Assembly: GCA_963663965.2 (NCBI GenBank)
Contig: CAXXFK010000042.1
Span: 64,001-128,000, forward strand
Direction of reading: 5' to 3'
Source: Sedimentisphaerales bacterium
GTDB lineage: Bacteria; Planctomycetota; Phycisphaerae; Sedimentisphaerales; SM23-30
DNA length: 64,000 nucleotides
Made by a program: the position numbers and the translations under genes. The notes under the pieces were generated by a model, which was given only the letters and a program-made list of their open reading frames with translations, was not told the origin of the DNA and did not search any database. This document shows positions 21,639-32,064 of this stretch, piece after piece; position 1 is the stretch's first letter, and the number at the start of each line of letters is the position of its first letter.

Positions 21639-23429
21639 ATGAAATCGATAAAACTCGTCATTTATCCAGAACAAATTGAAATAACCGCAGAACCGGGCCA
21701 GACGATTGCTGAGGTATTAAGAAACTCGGGATATGGTCTTGAAATGCCCTGCGGCGGTGCGGGAACCTGTGGGAAATGTCTGGTCCGGATCATTGAACCG
21801 GAAAGTATTGTCAAGGCATGCCAATATCATGTCAGTCATGATTTAGAAATTGAATTATTGAGAAAAGATTCAATCCGTAATCAGATCCTGGCGGATTTTC
21901 ATTTGGAGGGTATCTCCATAGCGCCTATGGTGCAAAAGCTTGAATTTCAAGTAACGCCGCCGGATCTCGACGATTTAAGGAGCGATGCCAGACGGATAGA
22001 GGACACACTGTCCCGGTTGTTGAATCGACCGATATCGTTTCAGCCAGAAGCGTTACGGAGCATGCCGTTGATATGCCGGGATGCGGATTGGATGATAACG
22101 GCAGTTGTCTGCAATGATATGATTATCGCGGTCGAACCGGGTGACACTACCGGGTCGTTATATGGAATCGCCCTGGATATTGGGACGACAACGCTGGCCG
22201 CCGCATTGATTGATTTAAGCAACGGCGGGATTCTGGCGACTGCCAGCGATACGAATCCACAACGGGTTTATGGCGACGATGTGATCAGCCGAATCGACTA
22301 TACCCGCGACTATCTGGACGGACTGGAACAGATGCATCAAGCCATTATCGATGCAACCAACCGTTTAATCGGGAAGTTGTGCCGGGAATGCAACATAGAA
22401 CATCATCAGGTCTATGCCCTTACCGCCGCCGGCAACGCCACGATGCAGCATATATTCTGGAACGCGGCGGTTCATCAGATCGGTCAGGCTCCTTATGTAG
22501 CCGGTTTCACGAGTTCGATTATCTGCGATGCCGATCATTTGCAGATTCAAATCAATCCTCATGGCAAAGTGGTCATACTGCCCGGGGTAGCCGGCCATGT
22601 GGGGGGGGATACCGTGGCTGTGGCATTGACAACGAATTTAAAAAAACTGGGTCCTTTAACGCTGGCCATTGATATTGGCACCAATGGCGAGATTGTTCTG
22701 GCCGGACGCGGGCGAATTCTGACATGCAGCACCGCGGCCGGGCCCGCATTTGAAGGGGCGCGAATCCGGCATGGCATGCGGGGGGCAACTGGCGCCATTG
22801 AACGGGTTCGTTTCGAAGATAATATCCAAATGCGGACTATTGGCAGAGTGTCTCCCAAAGGGATTTGTGGCAGCGGTCTGATCGATATTGTGGCTGAAAT
22901 GCTGCGGGTGGGGATGATCGATGCCAGCGGCCGTATGCTTGAGTCTCATGAATGGCCCAAATCAATCCCAAGCGGCTTTAAATCAAGGCTCATCCATCGT
23001 GACGGACAACCCGCGTTAATATTAGCGGATGCCACGGAAAGCGCCAGTGGTGAACCCATCCTGATTACTCAGCGGGATATCCGTGAAACCCAATTGGCCA
23101 AAGCAGCCATTCGTGCCGGCATCGATGTGTTGTTGAAAACCGTTGACGCTGCAATTGACAATCTGGACAGGGTTTATCTTGCGGGCGCTTTTGGCAACTA
23201 TATCGATCCGGCGAGCGCCCGGGCAATTGGATTGTTGCCAGATATCGAATTGGATCAATTTGCACCGGTGGGGAATGCCGCAGGGCGCGGCGCGGCGATC
23301 GTATTGGCCAATCGGGATTCCTTATCCCGGATTGTTGAACTGGCGGAGGAAATGATGTATGTTGAACTGGCGGGGGGAGTGGGATTTCAGAATATTTTTA
23401 TGGACTATATGGGATTCGAACGGGGATGA
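21639..23429 (+). CDS. ASKHA-domain ATPase with N-terminal 2Fe-2S cluster (RACE-type reductive activator of corrinoid proteins)
   Basis: CGGAGTCGKC...C; DIGTTT, NPQRVYGDDVISRI, DIGTNGE, STAAGPAFEG, GICGSG, ITQRDIRETQLAKAAIRAG, LAGAFG. Confidence 0.9.
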   Translation: MKSIKLVIYPEQIEITAEPGQTIAEVLRNSGYGLEMPCGGAGTCGKCLVRIIEPESIVKACQYHVSHDLEIELLRKDSIRNQILADFHLEGISIAPMVQKLEFQVTPPDLDDLRSDARRIEDTLSRLLNRPISFQPEALRSMPLICRDADWMITAVVCNDMIIAVEPGDTTGSLYGIALDIGTTTLAAALIDLSNGGILATASDTNPQRVYGDDVISRIDYTRDYLDGLEQMHQAIIDATNRLIGKLCRECNIEHHQVYALTAAGNATMQHIFWNAAVHQIGQAPYVAGFTSSIICDADHLQIQINPHGKVVILPGVAGHVGGDTVAVALTTNLKKLGPLTLAIDIGTNGEIVLAGRGRILTCSTAAGPAFEGARIRHGMRGATGAIERVRFEDNIQMRTIGRVSPKGICGSGLIDIVAEMLRVGMIDASGRMLESHEWPKSIPSGFKSRLIHRDGQPALILADATESASGEPILITQRDIRETQLAKAAIRAGIDVLLKTVDAAIDNLDRVYLAGAFGNYIDPASARAIGLLPDIELDQFAPVGNAAGRGAAIVLANRDSLSRIVELAEEMMYVELAGGVGFQNIFMDYMGFERG

Positions 23430-23479
23430 TTTGATCCGGTTTGAATCAGGCTCGGCGGTAACAGAGAGAAAAAACCAAA

Positions 23480-25360
23480 ATGAACAAGAACGAATTTATT
23501 GACAGACTTAACAGCCGGGTGTTACTGGGCGATGGGGCGATGGGAACCTTATTGTATCAGTCTGGCGCATTTCTGAATACCTGTTTCGATGAACTGAATC
23601 TGGTCAATCCCAAACTGGTGGGTAAGGTGCATGAAAGTTACATACGTTGTGGCTGCGATTTGATTGAAACCAATAGTTTTGGGGCGAACGAATTCAAGCT
23701 GGGGAAATTCGGTCTGGCCGACAAGGTTGAGCAGATTAATCGAGCTGCCGTAGAATTGGCCCAAGAAGCCGCCGGGCGCGACAAGGTGTTAGTGGCCGGA
23801 TCCGTAGGGCCGTTGGGGGTTCCCATGACGCCATTTGGCCGCCTGGAGCGGGACCAGGCCTTCAACGCTTTTGTGCGTCAGATTCGTACGCTCATCGAAT
23901 CGGGAATCGATCTGTTGATGCTTGAGACCTTCAGTGATCCTCAAGAGATACTGGTGGCCCTGGATGCCGCCGCAGAGTTGGGGGATATCGCGACCGTCGC
24001 GCAATTGGTGACGAATGAATTTCAAGAAACAATCTACGGTCAGAAAATCCAGGATGCCCTGGGAATGGTGGCGTGTCATCCGGCGGTAGCGGCGGTTGGA
24101 TTGAATTGTTCGGTCGGGCCGTCGACGATGCTGAGCAGCCTGGAGTTGATTCGTCCGGTTACTGACAAACCGCTGTCATTACAGCCCAATGCCGGGTTGC
24201 CGCGCGAAGTGGAAGGGCGTAAAATCTACATGAGTACGCCGGAGTATATGGCGGAATTTGCCAAACGGTTTCTGGAAAAGGGGGTACGGATCATTGGCGG
24301 TTGTTGCGGGACAACACCGGAACATATTCGCGAGATCATCAAGGCGGTTCGTTCGGTTGATAAGGCGACCGGGGGTGTTTCGATCAAGGCGATTCGAGAT
24401 TGGGGGAGTGAACTGACCAAAGATCGTCCAGTGGGTCAGGATCCGGTTCCGCTGGCGCATCGTTCGAAATTCGCAGCCAAACTGGCTAAGGGTGAAAAAG
24501 TGATTTCCGTTGAAGTGACACCACCCCGAGGGGCGAATCTGGATTCCATTCTCGAAAAAGCCCGGTTGTGTCATACTCATGATGTCGACGCGATCAATAT
24601 TCCGGATGGTCCTCGCGCCAGTTCACGCATTTCGCCGATGATTACCGCAATCCAGATTCAGCAAGAGGTGGGAATGGAAACGATTTTGCATGTCTGCTGC
24701 CGGGACCGAAATATTATCGGGATCCAGTCTGATATGCTGGGGGCGCAGGCCATTGGATTACGGAATATGTTGTTTATTACCGGGGATCCGCCAAAACTGG
24801 GCGATTATCCGGATGCTACGGCCGTTTTTGATCTGGACGCGATCGGGTTGACGGATGTGGTGCGTGGATTGAACCGGGGGATCGATATTGGTGGAAATGA
24901 GTTTCAACCGCCGTTATCGCTGGTTTTGGGCGTTGGCGCCAATCCGGTGGCTTCCGATCTGGAGCGTGAGATAGAACGCTTTAAATTGAAGGTTAAAGCC
25001 GGCGCGGAATATGCCATTACACAGCCGGTGTTTGACACCCGGTCGTTATTCGCTTTTATGGATCGTGTTGCCGATGGCCATATCCCGATCATCGCAGGGA
25101 TCTGGCCTTTTGCCAGTTTTAAAAATGCCGAATTTATGGCCAATGAAGTACCGGGCGTTGTGGTGCCAGAAAATCTGCTGGAGCGTATGTCACTAGCTCA
25201 GACCCGGCAGGATGGTCTGAAGATCGGTGTGGAGATTGCCCAGGAGCTTATCGCAGAAATATACGATCGAGTCGCCGGTTTTGCCATTAGCGCCCCCTTT
25301 GGAAATGTAAAAATCCCGCTGGCAGTCATGGGGAAAATATCCGCTGATCAAATCGCGTGA
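23480..25360 (+). CDS. Bifunctional homocysteine S-methyltransferase / methylenetetrahydrofolate reductase (YitJ-like)
   Basis: GDGAMGT, ETNSFGAN, GLNC, PNAGLP, GGCCGTTPEHI, then an MTHFR-like region (HVCCRDRN, TGDPPK, ITQPVFD). Confidence 0.92.
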   Translation: MNKNEFIDRLNSRVLLGDGAMGTLLYQSGAFLNTCFDELNLVNPKLVGKVHESYIRCGCDLIETNSFGANEFKLGKFGLADKVEQINRAAVELAQEAAGRDKVLVAGSVGPLGVPMTPFGRLERDQAFNAFVRQIRTLIESGIDLLMLETFSDPQEILVALDAAAELGDIATVAQLVTNEFQETIYGQKIQDALGMVACHPAVAAVGLNCSVGPSTMLSSLELIRPVTDKPLSLQPNAGLPREVEGRKIYMSTPEYMAEFAKRFLEKGVRIIGGCCGTTPEHIREIIKAVRSVDKATGGVSIKAIRDWGSELTKDRPVGQDPVPLAHRSKFAAKLAKGEKVISVEVTPPRGANLDSILEKARLCHTHDVDAINIPDGPRASSRISPMITAIQIQQEVGMETILHVCCRDRNIIGIQSDMLGAQAIGLRNMLFITGDPPKLGDYPDATAVFDLDAIGLTDVVRGLNRGIDIGGNEFQPPLSLVLGVGANPVASDLEREIERFKLKVKAGAEYAITQPVFDTRSLFAFMDRVADGHIPIIAGIWPFASFKNAEFMANEVPGVVVPENLLERMSLAQTRQDGLKIGVEIAQELIAEIYDRVAGFAISAPFGNVKIPLAVMGKISADQIA

Positions 25361-25422
25361 TACGTTTGAAAAGGGTCCCAATCAGGGATGCAGGCAGCGG
25401 TAACCCGGTGGACGAGATCCAT

Positions 25423-25452
25423 AAAAAAGCCGCAGTCAGGAACCGCGGCTTT
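25423..25452. terminator. Terminator between the convergent YitJ-like and rpiB genes
   Basis: AAAAAAGCCGC...GCGGCTTT. Confidence 0.6.
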
Positions 25453-25476
25453 CTATTCATTGCAGATGACTAAACA

Positions 25477-25917
25477 TTAGTCATGTTCGGCTTCCATCAT
25501 TTTTTCCACCCGTCTTTCATGGCGACCACCTTCGAACTCGGTCATAAGCCATGTTTCGACAATACGGGTGATCAGGGGATCATTCATTAGCATGGCAGGC
25601 AAGCATAATACGTTGGCATCGTTATGCTTACGAGACATTTGTGCCGTTAATTCATCATGACAAAGGGCGGCTCTGACGCCTTTGACTTTATTGGCGGTAA
25701 TAGACATGCCGATCCCACTGCCGCAAATTAGAATACCCCGATCGGTATCTTTGGAAGCTACCGATTTCGAAGCGGGAATGGCATAATCCGGGTAGTCACA
25801 ACTTTTCGACTCATTGGCGCCGAAATCGATAACTTCGTGTCCAAGCCTGCGTAACAATCCTTTGATAAGTTCCTTGGCTTCATATCCTCTGTGATCACAG
25901 GCGATCGCAACTTTCAT
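25477..25917 (-). CDS. rpiB: Ribose-5-phosphate isomerase B
   Basis: CDHRG, DYPD, ICGSGIGMSITANK, RKHNDANVL, FEGGRHERRV. Confidence 0.96.
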   Translation of the reverse strand: MKVAIACDHRGYEAKELIKGLLRRLGHEVIDFGANESKSCDYPDYAIPASKSVASKDTDRGILICGSGIGMSITANKVKGVRAALCHDELTAQMSRKHNDANVLCLPAMLMNDPLITRIVETWLMTEFEGGRHERRVEKMMEAEHD

Positions 25918-25946
25918 AAATAAACCTTTCTATGGTGTGGCATCCA

Positions 25947-27059
25947 TTACCCCAACCGTTGACTAACGCCTTCGGCTATCTGGATAGCACATTGTCGATA
26001 AACATCAAAACTCTGGCCGATAGGATCGGCAATTCCCTTATTCTCAAGGAGCAACATTGTATAATCTCTCGCCTGCGGTTCCAAATCAATAATTGCCCGG
26101 TAGTGTGGAAAATCCATGGCAAAAATGAGATTGGCTTTTCTAATTAAATCTACAGTTAAAACGCATGCTTCATGTTGACTGATATCAATGCCAACGGTCT
26201 GGCAGGCCCTGATGGCTTCGTTAGTAGCTGGAGCTCCTGGAAAAGCCATGATACCTGCTGAAATGATGTTATATCCCTTTTGAGGTAATTGGTCAATAGG
26301 GCATCCAGTTTTTTGCGCCAGGATGGACCGCCCAAATCCTGCTGCCATAGGAGAGCGACAGGTATTACCAGTACAAACAAAGATAATTGTCATTGGATGC
26401 AGTTTTTTCAGATAACTGTCTGGAACTACTCCTTCCCTTAAGACATTGATCTGATTCTCATTGAGGTCAACAATCGTTGACGGTCCTTTATATCGAGTTT
26501 CCCCGCTATCGATTATCAGATCGATTTTTCCATTTAATTCCTCCATTACCTGTCCGGCAGAGACAGGTGGAATCTTGCCGGCAAAATTCGCGCTGGATGC
26601 CACTATCGGGCAGTCAATAGAACCAAGCAACAACTTACAGAAGGGATCATCCGGATAACGGATACCAATCGTATCCCGATAATAAAGTTCGCCGGGATTT
26701 AAATCTGGTTTAACCGTAGTCAGATGTTGTATTTGAGATTGGGTTAAATGGGAAATTACCGTTACCGGCCCCGGCCAGACTTTTGAAAAGAAAAATTTTT
26801 CGTAGAGATTACGTTCCGGCAGATAAAGGCTGATATCTTCGGACCGTCCAATATGTAATGTGAATGGCTTGGCATCAGATCTTTCCTTTAAATGACGAAG
26901 TGCAGCCAGGGCATCAGGATGATTGGCGCAAGCGCCCACGCCATAGACGGTTTCGGTAGGAAAAGCAACCAATGAGCCGTCCATCAACGCTTTGGCGGCG
27001 GATTCAACGGCCAATGGGATATCTGAGTCTTTTTTGATTTTTAGAATTCTGGTTTTCAC
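25947..27059 (-). CDS. Fusion of threonylcarbamoyl-AMP synthase (Sua5/TsaC) and a low-molecular-weight phosphatase
   Basis: VAFPTETVYG, KER..KP, WPGPVT, SSANF, PSTIVD; then FVCTGNTCRSPMA, SAG, IADPIG. Confidence 0.92.
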   Translation of the reverse strand: MKTRILKIKKDSDIPLAVESAAKALMDGSLVAFPTETVYGVGACANHPDALAALRHLKERSDAKPFTLHIGRSEDISLYLPERNLYEKFFFSKVWPGPVTVISHLTQSQIQHLTTVKPDLNPGELYYRDTIGIRYPDDPFCKLLLGSIDCPIVASSANFAGKIPPVSAGQVMEELNGKIDLIIDSGETRYKGPSTIVDLNENQINVLREGVVPDSYLKKLHPMTIIFVCTGNTCRSPMAAGFGRSILAQKTGCPIDQLPQKGYNIISAGIMAFPGAPATNEAIRACQTVGIDISQHEACVLTVDLIRKANLIFAMDFPHYRAIIDLEPQARDYTMLLLENKGIADPIGQSFDVYRQCAIQIAEGVSQRLG

Positions 27060-27244
27060 TTATGTGATGTAACTTGTTAAATCAGTTATAATTATGAGCT
27101 AGTATTCTGCTTGTCTGGCATAGCCTTGGGGTATCTTTTCCGCGGCACCCTCCTACCTGTTAAGATAGAAAAAATAATGCCTGGGACAATATCTGTCAAG
27201 CATTATCCCAGGCGTTACAATCAATCGGTTATCGTTATTGGAAG

Positions 27245-30200
27245 TCAGGGTTCCAGGTCAATAATGACCCGGAAACCGGTGCTGTTGCTGCAAGATACAG
27301 GCAGGCTGCCATCCCGGTATGTGACGCGGCAATAAACGGGCAAACTACCCCAGCTGCCGCCGCGGATTATTTTTTCAGTTCCGTTTTCCGGACCAATGGG
27401 ATCTTGTTGTTGATCGGAGGTATAAGGCCCTAACCAATCACGGCACCATTCCCAGACGTTGCCCGTCATATCATTCAGTTTAAACAGTCCCTGAGGGCCA
27501 TAGAATCCAACCGGGTTCGTATAAGGAGGTTGGGAGAAACTGGCAGGATTACACGGGCCGTAATAATTAGCCAGCGAGCAGTTGATGGTATTGTTGCCCC
27601 ACGGATAATCGGCACGATTGATCAGGAAGCCGCCATGGGCTGAAAATTCCCATTGCGCTTCCGTGGGCAGCTTATACCCGTAGAAATCGCAGAACGCTTT
27701 AGCGCCATACCATGACACGGAAGAAACCGGATGATCGCCCATATGGAGATTGTCACGAGTCGTGACTTCATATTTACCGGCGATATAATCAATCTGGCTA
27801 TCGGAATCGGCCAGGCTGGTTCGGAAATAGGGTCTGGCACGATCGACATCTTTACGATCATAAACAATGCCGTTTACGATTTTAATCAAGTTCGCGGACC
27901 GGGCTTCGGTCAGGTACTGAACATACTGATAATTGGTGATTTCATTTTGCGAAATATAGAACGGTTTCAGGGCCACCAGGTGATCGGGTTTTTCAATGGC
28001 CAGCGGCCAGCTGGGATTGGTGTTGCCCATCAGGAAAGTTCCGCCGGGGATATAGGAGAATTTCATGCCAACCGGCGCTCCCGGAAATTCGCAGGTGTCG
28101 AGTTTGCCGTTGTAGTTGATGTCGTACCCTTTGCCATAGTTCATTTCGCACAGGTCGAGCAGTCCGTTGCCATTGCAGTCCAGGTCACTGTTGGCTTGAA
28201 TTTCAATTTCATCAATCAGGCCATTGTCATCGCAGTCAATATTCATGTCGTAAGTCAGCCAGTTCTGCGCCAACTGGAAGAGGTCTACAATGTCAATTGT
28301 GCCATCATGGAACCAGTCAGTAACATAACAGGGTTTTCCGTCGCACTCAACTTCATTCCAATGACGCACCATCAGATCAAAATCCTCGAGATCGACGAAT
28401 GGGTCAAAGACAAAAATCTGCATGGGAATGACATGGTTATTAACCATGTCAGAAATCACCAGAGAACAGGTATGATACCCAGCTTCCAGTCCGGTTGTGT
28501 CGATTCGAATAACCACCTGGGTTACGTCTCCCGGTCCCGTGGTTACGCCGGAAGCCGGTTCGATGGCGTTTATCCAGCTGCAATGGTCCGCGCTGACCCG
28601 CCATCGCTGGGTTTCACTGGTGACGCCATAGATCTCGAAGGTGAATTCATATTGCCGTCCCATGGCTACCCGGGCAGACCAGATAGGCAAGCCGTCAACG
28701 GCTAACGGGAACAGAGATTGCCAGGATAATTTGGGGTAATCGTAAATCGGCTGGAGCCAGATGGTATTAAAATCGGTGGCAGAGATATTCCACCCCGCTT
28801 CGATAAACGTCGCGATCTGTTTCATCTGGTCGGTGGTCAGTCCAATGCCGCCACTACTGATGTCCAATCCGCTCAGTTCGACATCCCAGAAAGAGCTGTT
28901 AATCTTGCCAGGTTCACTAAAGCCGCACAAGCCACCGGTTTCATCCGCCATGGAATTCAGCGTGTTTGCCGCATAACACTGGGCAATCGATCCGGAATTA
29001 TAGCCGCATAAGCCGCCGACCTGAGAACCATCCTGAACAATGATTTTGCATATTGAGTAACAACTGGTAATTTTGCCTGCGAGGTTTTCTCCAACCAGGC
29101 CGCCAATCTGGCTGGATCCGCCAGCCGGCATCGTGATAGAACCACTGCTGAAGCATGAGGTCACGGAACCCTGATTACGTGCGACCAGAGGGCCAACGAA
29201 ACTCGAACCGGCACAGGCCTCAATTCTTATGGAATCAACGCCAAGGTTTTTAATGGTGGCCCCAGAGCGCAGGACGCCAAACAAACCCAACAGATCATGA
29301 CTGGATTCATCGTCGCAATCCGGGAGAATACGCAGGTTCCGCAAAACATGGCCATTACCATCAAAGTGACCACTGAACGACGGTTGGCCTTGCGCCGCAA
29401 TGACGGCTTGAGTAAAGATTTCTCCACCCAAATCCAGGTCATTCAGCAGGATAAAATATTTATTGAAATCTTCAAACGTAGTTGACAGTTCTTTCAGGTC
29501 ATTCACGGTTAAGATGCGATAGGGGTTGAGTTCGGTTCCGGTTCCTCCGGAATATTTCCGGGCAATACTGAATTTAACCGTTGGGCCCGGATCCGAAAGC
29601 ACTTTGATATACAATCCGGATGCCGTTCCATTCCACCAGTCGCTATTCGGGTTTGTGGATTCGTCGAAAAGATTGCGTTTCGTATCAAAGCAGTCGCTGC
29701 TATCTCCGCCATTGGTGCCATGTTCGAGATCGAACCTTCCATCGGCCTGTTCGACGGACACCAGATAATGTTTTGAAGGGGTCATCTGTTCGTCATCATT
29801 ACTGCCATCTTCATCCACGTGCCAGATAATCAGGCCCTCATCAGGCACATCTTCATTGCGTCCGGTTCTCAGTCTGCTTTCAATCAGGAAAAATTCTTTT
29901 GAATTGTTGGGATTCTTATATCGATAGGTTGTATTGGAATTGGCGGTGTGGGTCAGAACTTTTTCCGCTACGGTTGAAAGGTCGATGAAATTTTCCCAGC
30001 CCAATCGACCGCGGAAATAGGGGTTCGGCAAAATCGGATTACTACTATGACTTCCAGAGGCCATAATACAGAAGTTTCCAACACCGGAAGATTCGTAGCC
30101 ATAGTCATATAAATCAGGCCAGCCGCAGACCATGTGGCCATTTTCATGGCAAAACGTGCCAATTTGAAGGCTTGATCCGATATTCGTCATTTGGTATCGA

Positions 30201-31171
30201 TTTAATATGACGCCATTGGCGTTATAATTGCCAATCCCGCTGGCATGCGGCCAGAGCCCTTTGGCCCAACCGGATTCCGGATTGCCGGCATAAAAGAAAT
30301 TAATGGCCCTGACCTGACCGTTGTCATTTAAAGTCAAAGGACTAAAATCGAAACCGGTTTGGCAGAGATAATCCAACGCTTCATAAATGAGTTCTCTGGC
30401 GCGTCCATTATCGGGATTATCATAGTAATATTTGACGTGTTTAGCCGTGTAATAATTCGTTACCAGGTTGGTGTAGGTGAGTTTGCCATAAGAGGCGGCA
30501 TAATAATAGTCTCTGACAGAGCCATTGTTATTGAATTGAGTATATCCCACCTTGTTACAGTAATCTTCAACATCAGATTTGGTAATACTCGATTTGACAT
30601 CGGGGAAGTTAATTAATATGGTTAATCCGACCACCTCATCCGGCAGGGGGGCAGGAGTTATCGAATCCGCAGCGAACTCGCTATCGGGAGAGGCGGCAAA
30701 AAGCGCATTGTCCGCCTCAATCATCTGGGCGTCCAGAATTTGCTTTTGTTGCATGGCTTTTTCCCGGACAATATTTCCCGGTAAGCGCAGATGGTTTTCC
30801 AGAGTCTGGATTTTCTGGTAACTGTATAAGTCGTCCGGATTGTCCGGAGGGGCGGCTTGTATAACCGATTGACCGGAGTATATGATCCCCGTTGATACCA
30901 GTTCATTACCCTCTGCAGAGAGTTCTGCGTAACAAATCCAATTGGTTTCCGGGTCGCGAATCAGGGTATAGCCATCCGGAGTTTCAACGAACTGGTAATA
31001 TTCATCCCCCCAAACCAGAACATCCACTAAGGAGTCGTCAGGTTGCCTGAATTGGAATGGATCACCGAGATGGGGTGCCGCAAAAAGCGGTGGGCAGACC
31101 ATTATGGCGAAACATAAAATTAGAAATGATGACACGAACCAACGATTGATGTATACCTTATCAGGCATCAT
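27245..31171 (-). CDS. Secreted multidomain M6-family metalloprotease (GLUG-like, dockerin/EF-hand-like and FGE-sulfatase domains)
   Basis: Signal peptide; WGDEYY pro-region; FCHENGHMVCGWPDLYDY zinc motif; FSGHFDGNGH and GGLVGEN repeats; DCxxNGxxDxCE repeats; LPTEAQWEF...DMTGNVWEWC..RGGSW. Confidence 0.88.
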   Translation of the reverse strand: MMPDKVYINRWFVSSFLILCFAIMVCPPLFAAPHLGDPFQFRQPDDSLVDVLVWGDEYYQFVETPDGYTLIRDPETNWICYAELSAEGNELVSTGIIYSGQSVIQAAPPDNPDDLYSYQKIQTLENHLRLPGNIVREKAMQQKQILDAQMIEADNALFAASPDSEFAADSITPAPLPDEVVGLTILINFPDVKSSITKSDVEDYCNKVGYTQFNNNGSVRDYYYAASYGKLTYTNLVTNYYTAKHVKYYYDNPDNGRARELIYEALDYLCQTGFDFSPLTLNDNGQVRAINFFYAGNPESGWAKGLWPHASGIGNYNANGVILNRYQMTNIGSSLQIGTFCHENGHMVCGWPDLYDYGYESSGVGNFCIMASGSHSSNPILPNPYFRGRLGWENFIDLSTVAEKVLTHTANSNTTYRYKNPNNSKEFFLIESRLRTGRNEDVPDEGLIIWHVDEDGSNDDEQMTPSKHYLVSVEQADGRFDLEHGTNGGDSSDCFDTKRNLFDESTNPNSDWWNGTASGLYIKVLSDPGPTVKFSIARKYSGGTGTELNPYRILTVNDLKELSTTFEDFNKYFILLNDLDLGGEIFTQAVIAAQGQPSFSGHFDGNGHVLRNLRILPDCDDESSHDLLGLFGVLRSGATIKNLGVDSIRIEACAGSSFVGPLVARNQGSVTSCFSSGSITMPAGGSSQIGGLVGENLAGKITSCYSICKIIVQDGSQVGGLCGYNSGSIAQCYAANTLNSMADETGGLCGFSEPGKINSSFWDVELSGLDISSGGIGLTTDQMKQIATFIEAGWNISATDFNTIWLQPIYDYPKLSWQSLFPLAVDGLPIWSARVAMGRQYEFTFEIYGVTSETQRWRVSADHCSWINAIEPASGVTTGPGDVTQVVIRIDTTGLEAGYHTCSLVISDMVNNHVIPMQIFVFDPFVDLEDFDLMVRHWNEVECDGKPCYVTDWFHDGTIDIVDLFQLAQNWLTYDMNIDCDDNGLIDEIEIQANSDLDCNGNGLLDLCEMNYGKGYDINYNGKLDTCEFPGAPVGMKFSYIPGGTFLMGNTNPSWPLAIEKPDHLVALKPFYISQNEITNYQYVQYLTEARSANLIKIVNGIVYDRKDVDRARPYFRTSLADSDSQIDYIAGKYEVTTRDNLHMGDHPVSSVSWYGAKAFCDFYGYKLPTEAQWEFSAHGGFLINRADYPWGNNTINCSLANYYGPCNPASFSQPPYTNPVGFYGPQGLFKLNDMTGNVWEWCRDWLGPYTSDQQQDPIGPENGTEKIIRGGSWGSLPVYCRVTYRDGSLPVSCSNSTGFRVIIDLEP

Positions 31172-31411
31172 TCAACACCTCCAATGCTAAAGAACTTTAT
31201 GTTAATACTACATTTACTCATATTTTACCAATTAAAGGCATAATAGCCTAATAGAAAGTGGATTTTTCAGTTCTGAAATTACAGTTTTTTTCAAAACTTT
31301 TACCGGGTTTGATGAACAGCAAGCAGGATACGATTGTTTTATACAATATAATATGTTATGTTTTTATTCAAAGTCCGTTTTTTAGCAAAATTATAACATG
31401 GAATTTACATA

Positions 31412-32017
31412 ATGACTCATTATATTCAAGGTGTCCTGTTCGATCTGGATGGTACGCTAACCCAACAATGGTTTGATTTTGATGTGATCAGGGCGGAATT
31501 AGGTATAGAGGAAGGTCCTATACTAGAGGCAATCGAACAGATGGATTGTGATAAGAAGGAGAAGGCGCTGGCTACCCTGCATCGCTGGGAGGCCCAGGGT
31601 GCAGAGGAGTCGCAATTGAATCATGGGGTACAAGAAATGCTGAACTGGTTACACGCCGAAGGGATAAAGACCGGTCTGGTCACGCGAAATCGCCGTCAGA
31701 ATGCCGAACGGGTGAGTGAATTGCACGGATTGACGTTTGATTGCATTGTCAGTCGAGAAGATGGGCCGGTTAAACCAGATCCTTTTCCGGTTTTGCGGGC
31801 TTGCGAAGCGTTGAAATTGAACCCCCGGCAGGTGCTGATGGTAGGAGATTTTCTTTTTGATATGCTGAGCGGGCGTTCAGCGGGAGCCATTTGTGTTCTG
31901 ATTACAACCAGTGATAAGCATTGGAATTATCATGAGGCTGCCGATTATGTCATCGATCAATTTGAAGAATTGCCAGAGTTAATTAACCGACTTGAATCTG
32001 ATGCTACTGTCCGCTAG
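31412..32017 (+). CDS. HAD-family hydrolase
   Basis: FDLDGTL, VTRN, KPDP, MVGDFLFD. Confidence 0.9.
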   Translation: MTHYIQGVLFDLDGTLTQQWFDFDVIRAELGIEEGPILEAIEQMDCDKKEKALATLHRWEAQGAEESQLNHGVQEMLNWLHAEGIKTGLVTRNRRQNAERVSELHGLTFDCIVSREDGPVKPDPFPVLRACEALKLNPRQVLMVGDFLFDMLSGRSAGAICVLITTSDKHWNYHEAADYVIDQFEELPELINRLESDATVR

Positions 32018-32064
32018 AATGCTGGCCTAAATAATTTCGATAATTAAACAGGAAATACATTATT

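Noticed and set aside
27731..28705. 324-aa + strand ORF
   Set aside because: Antisense shadow of the M6 protease gene with no recognisable motifs.
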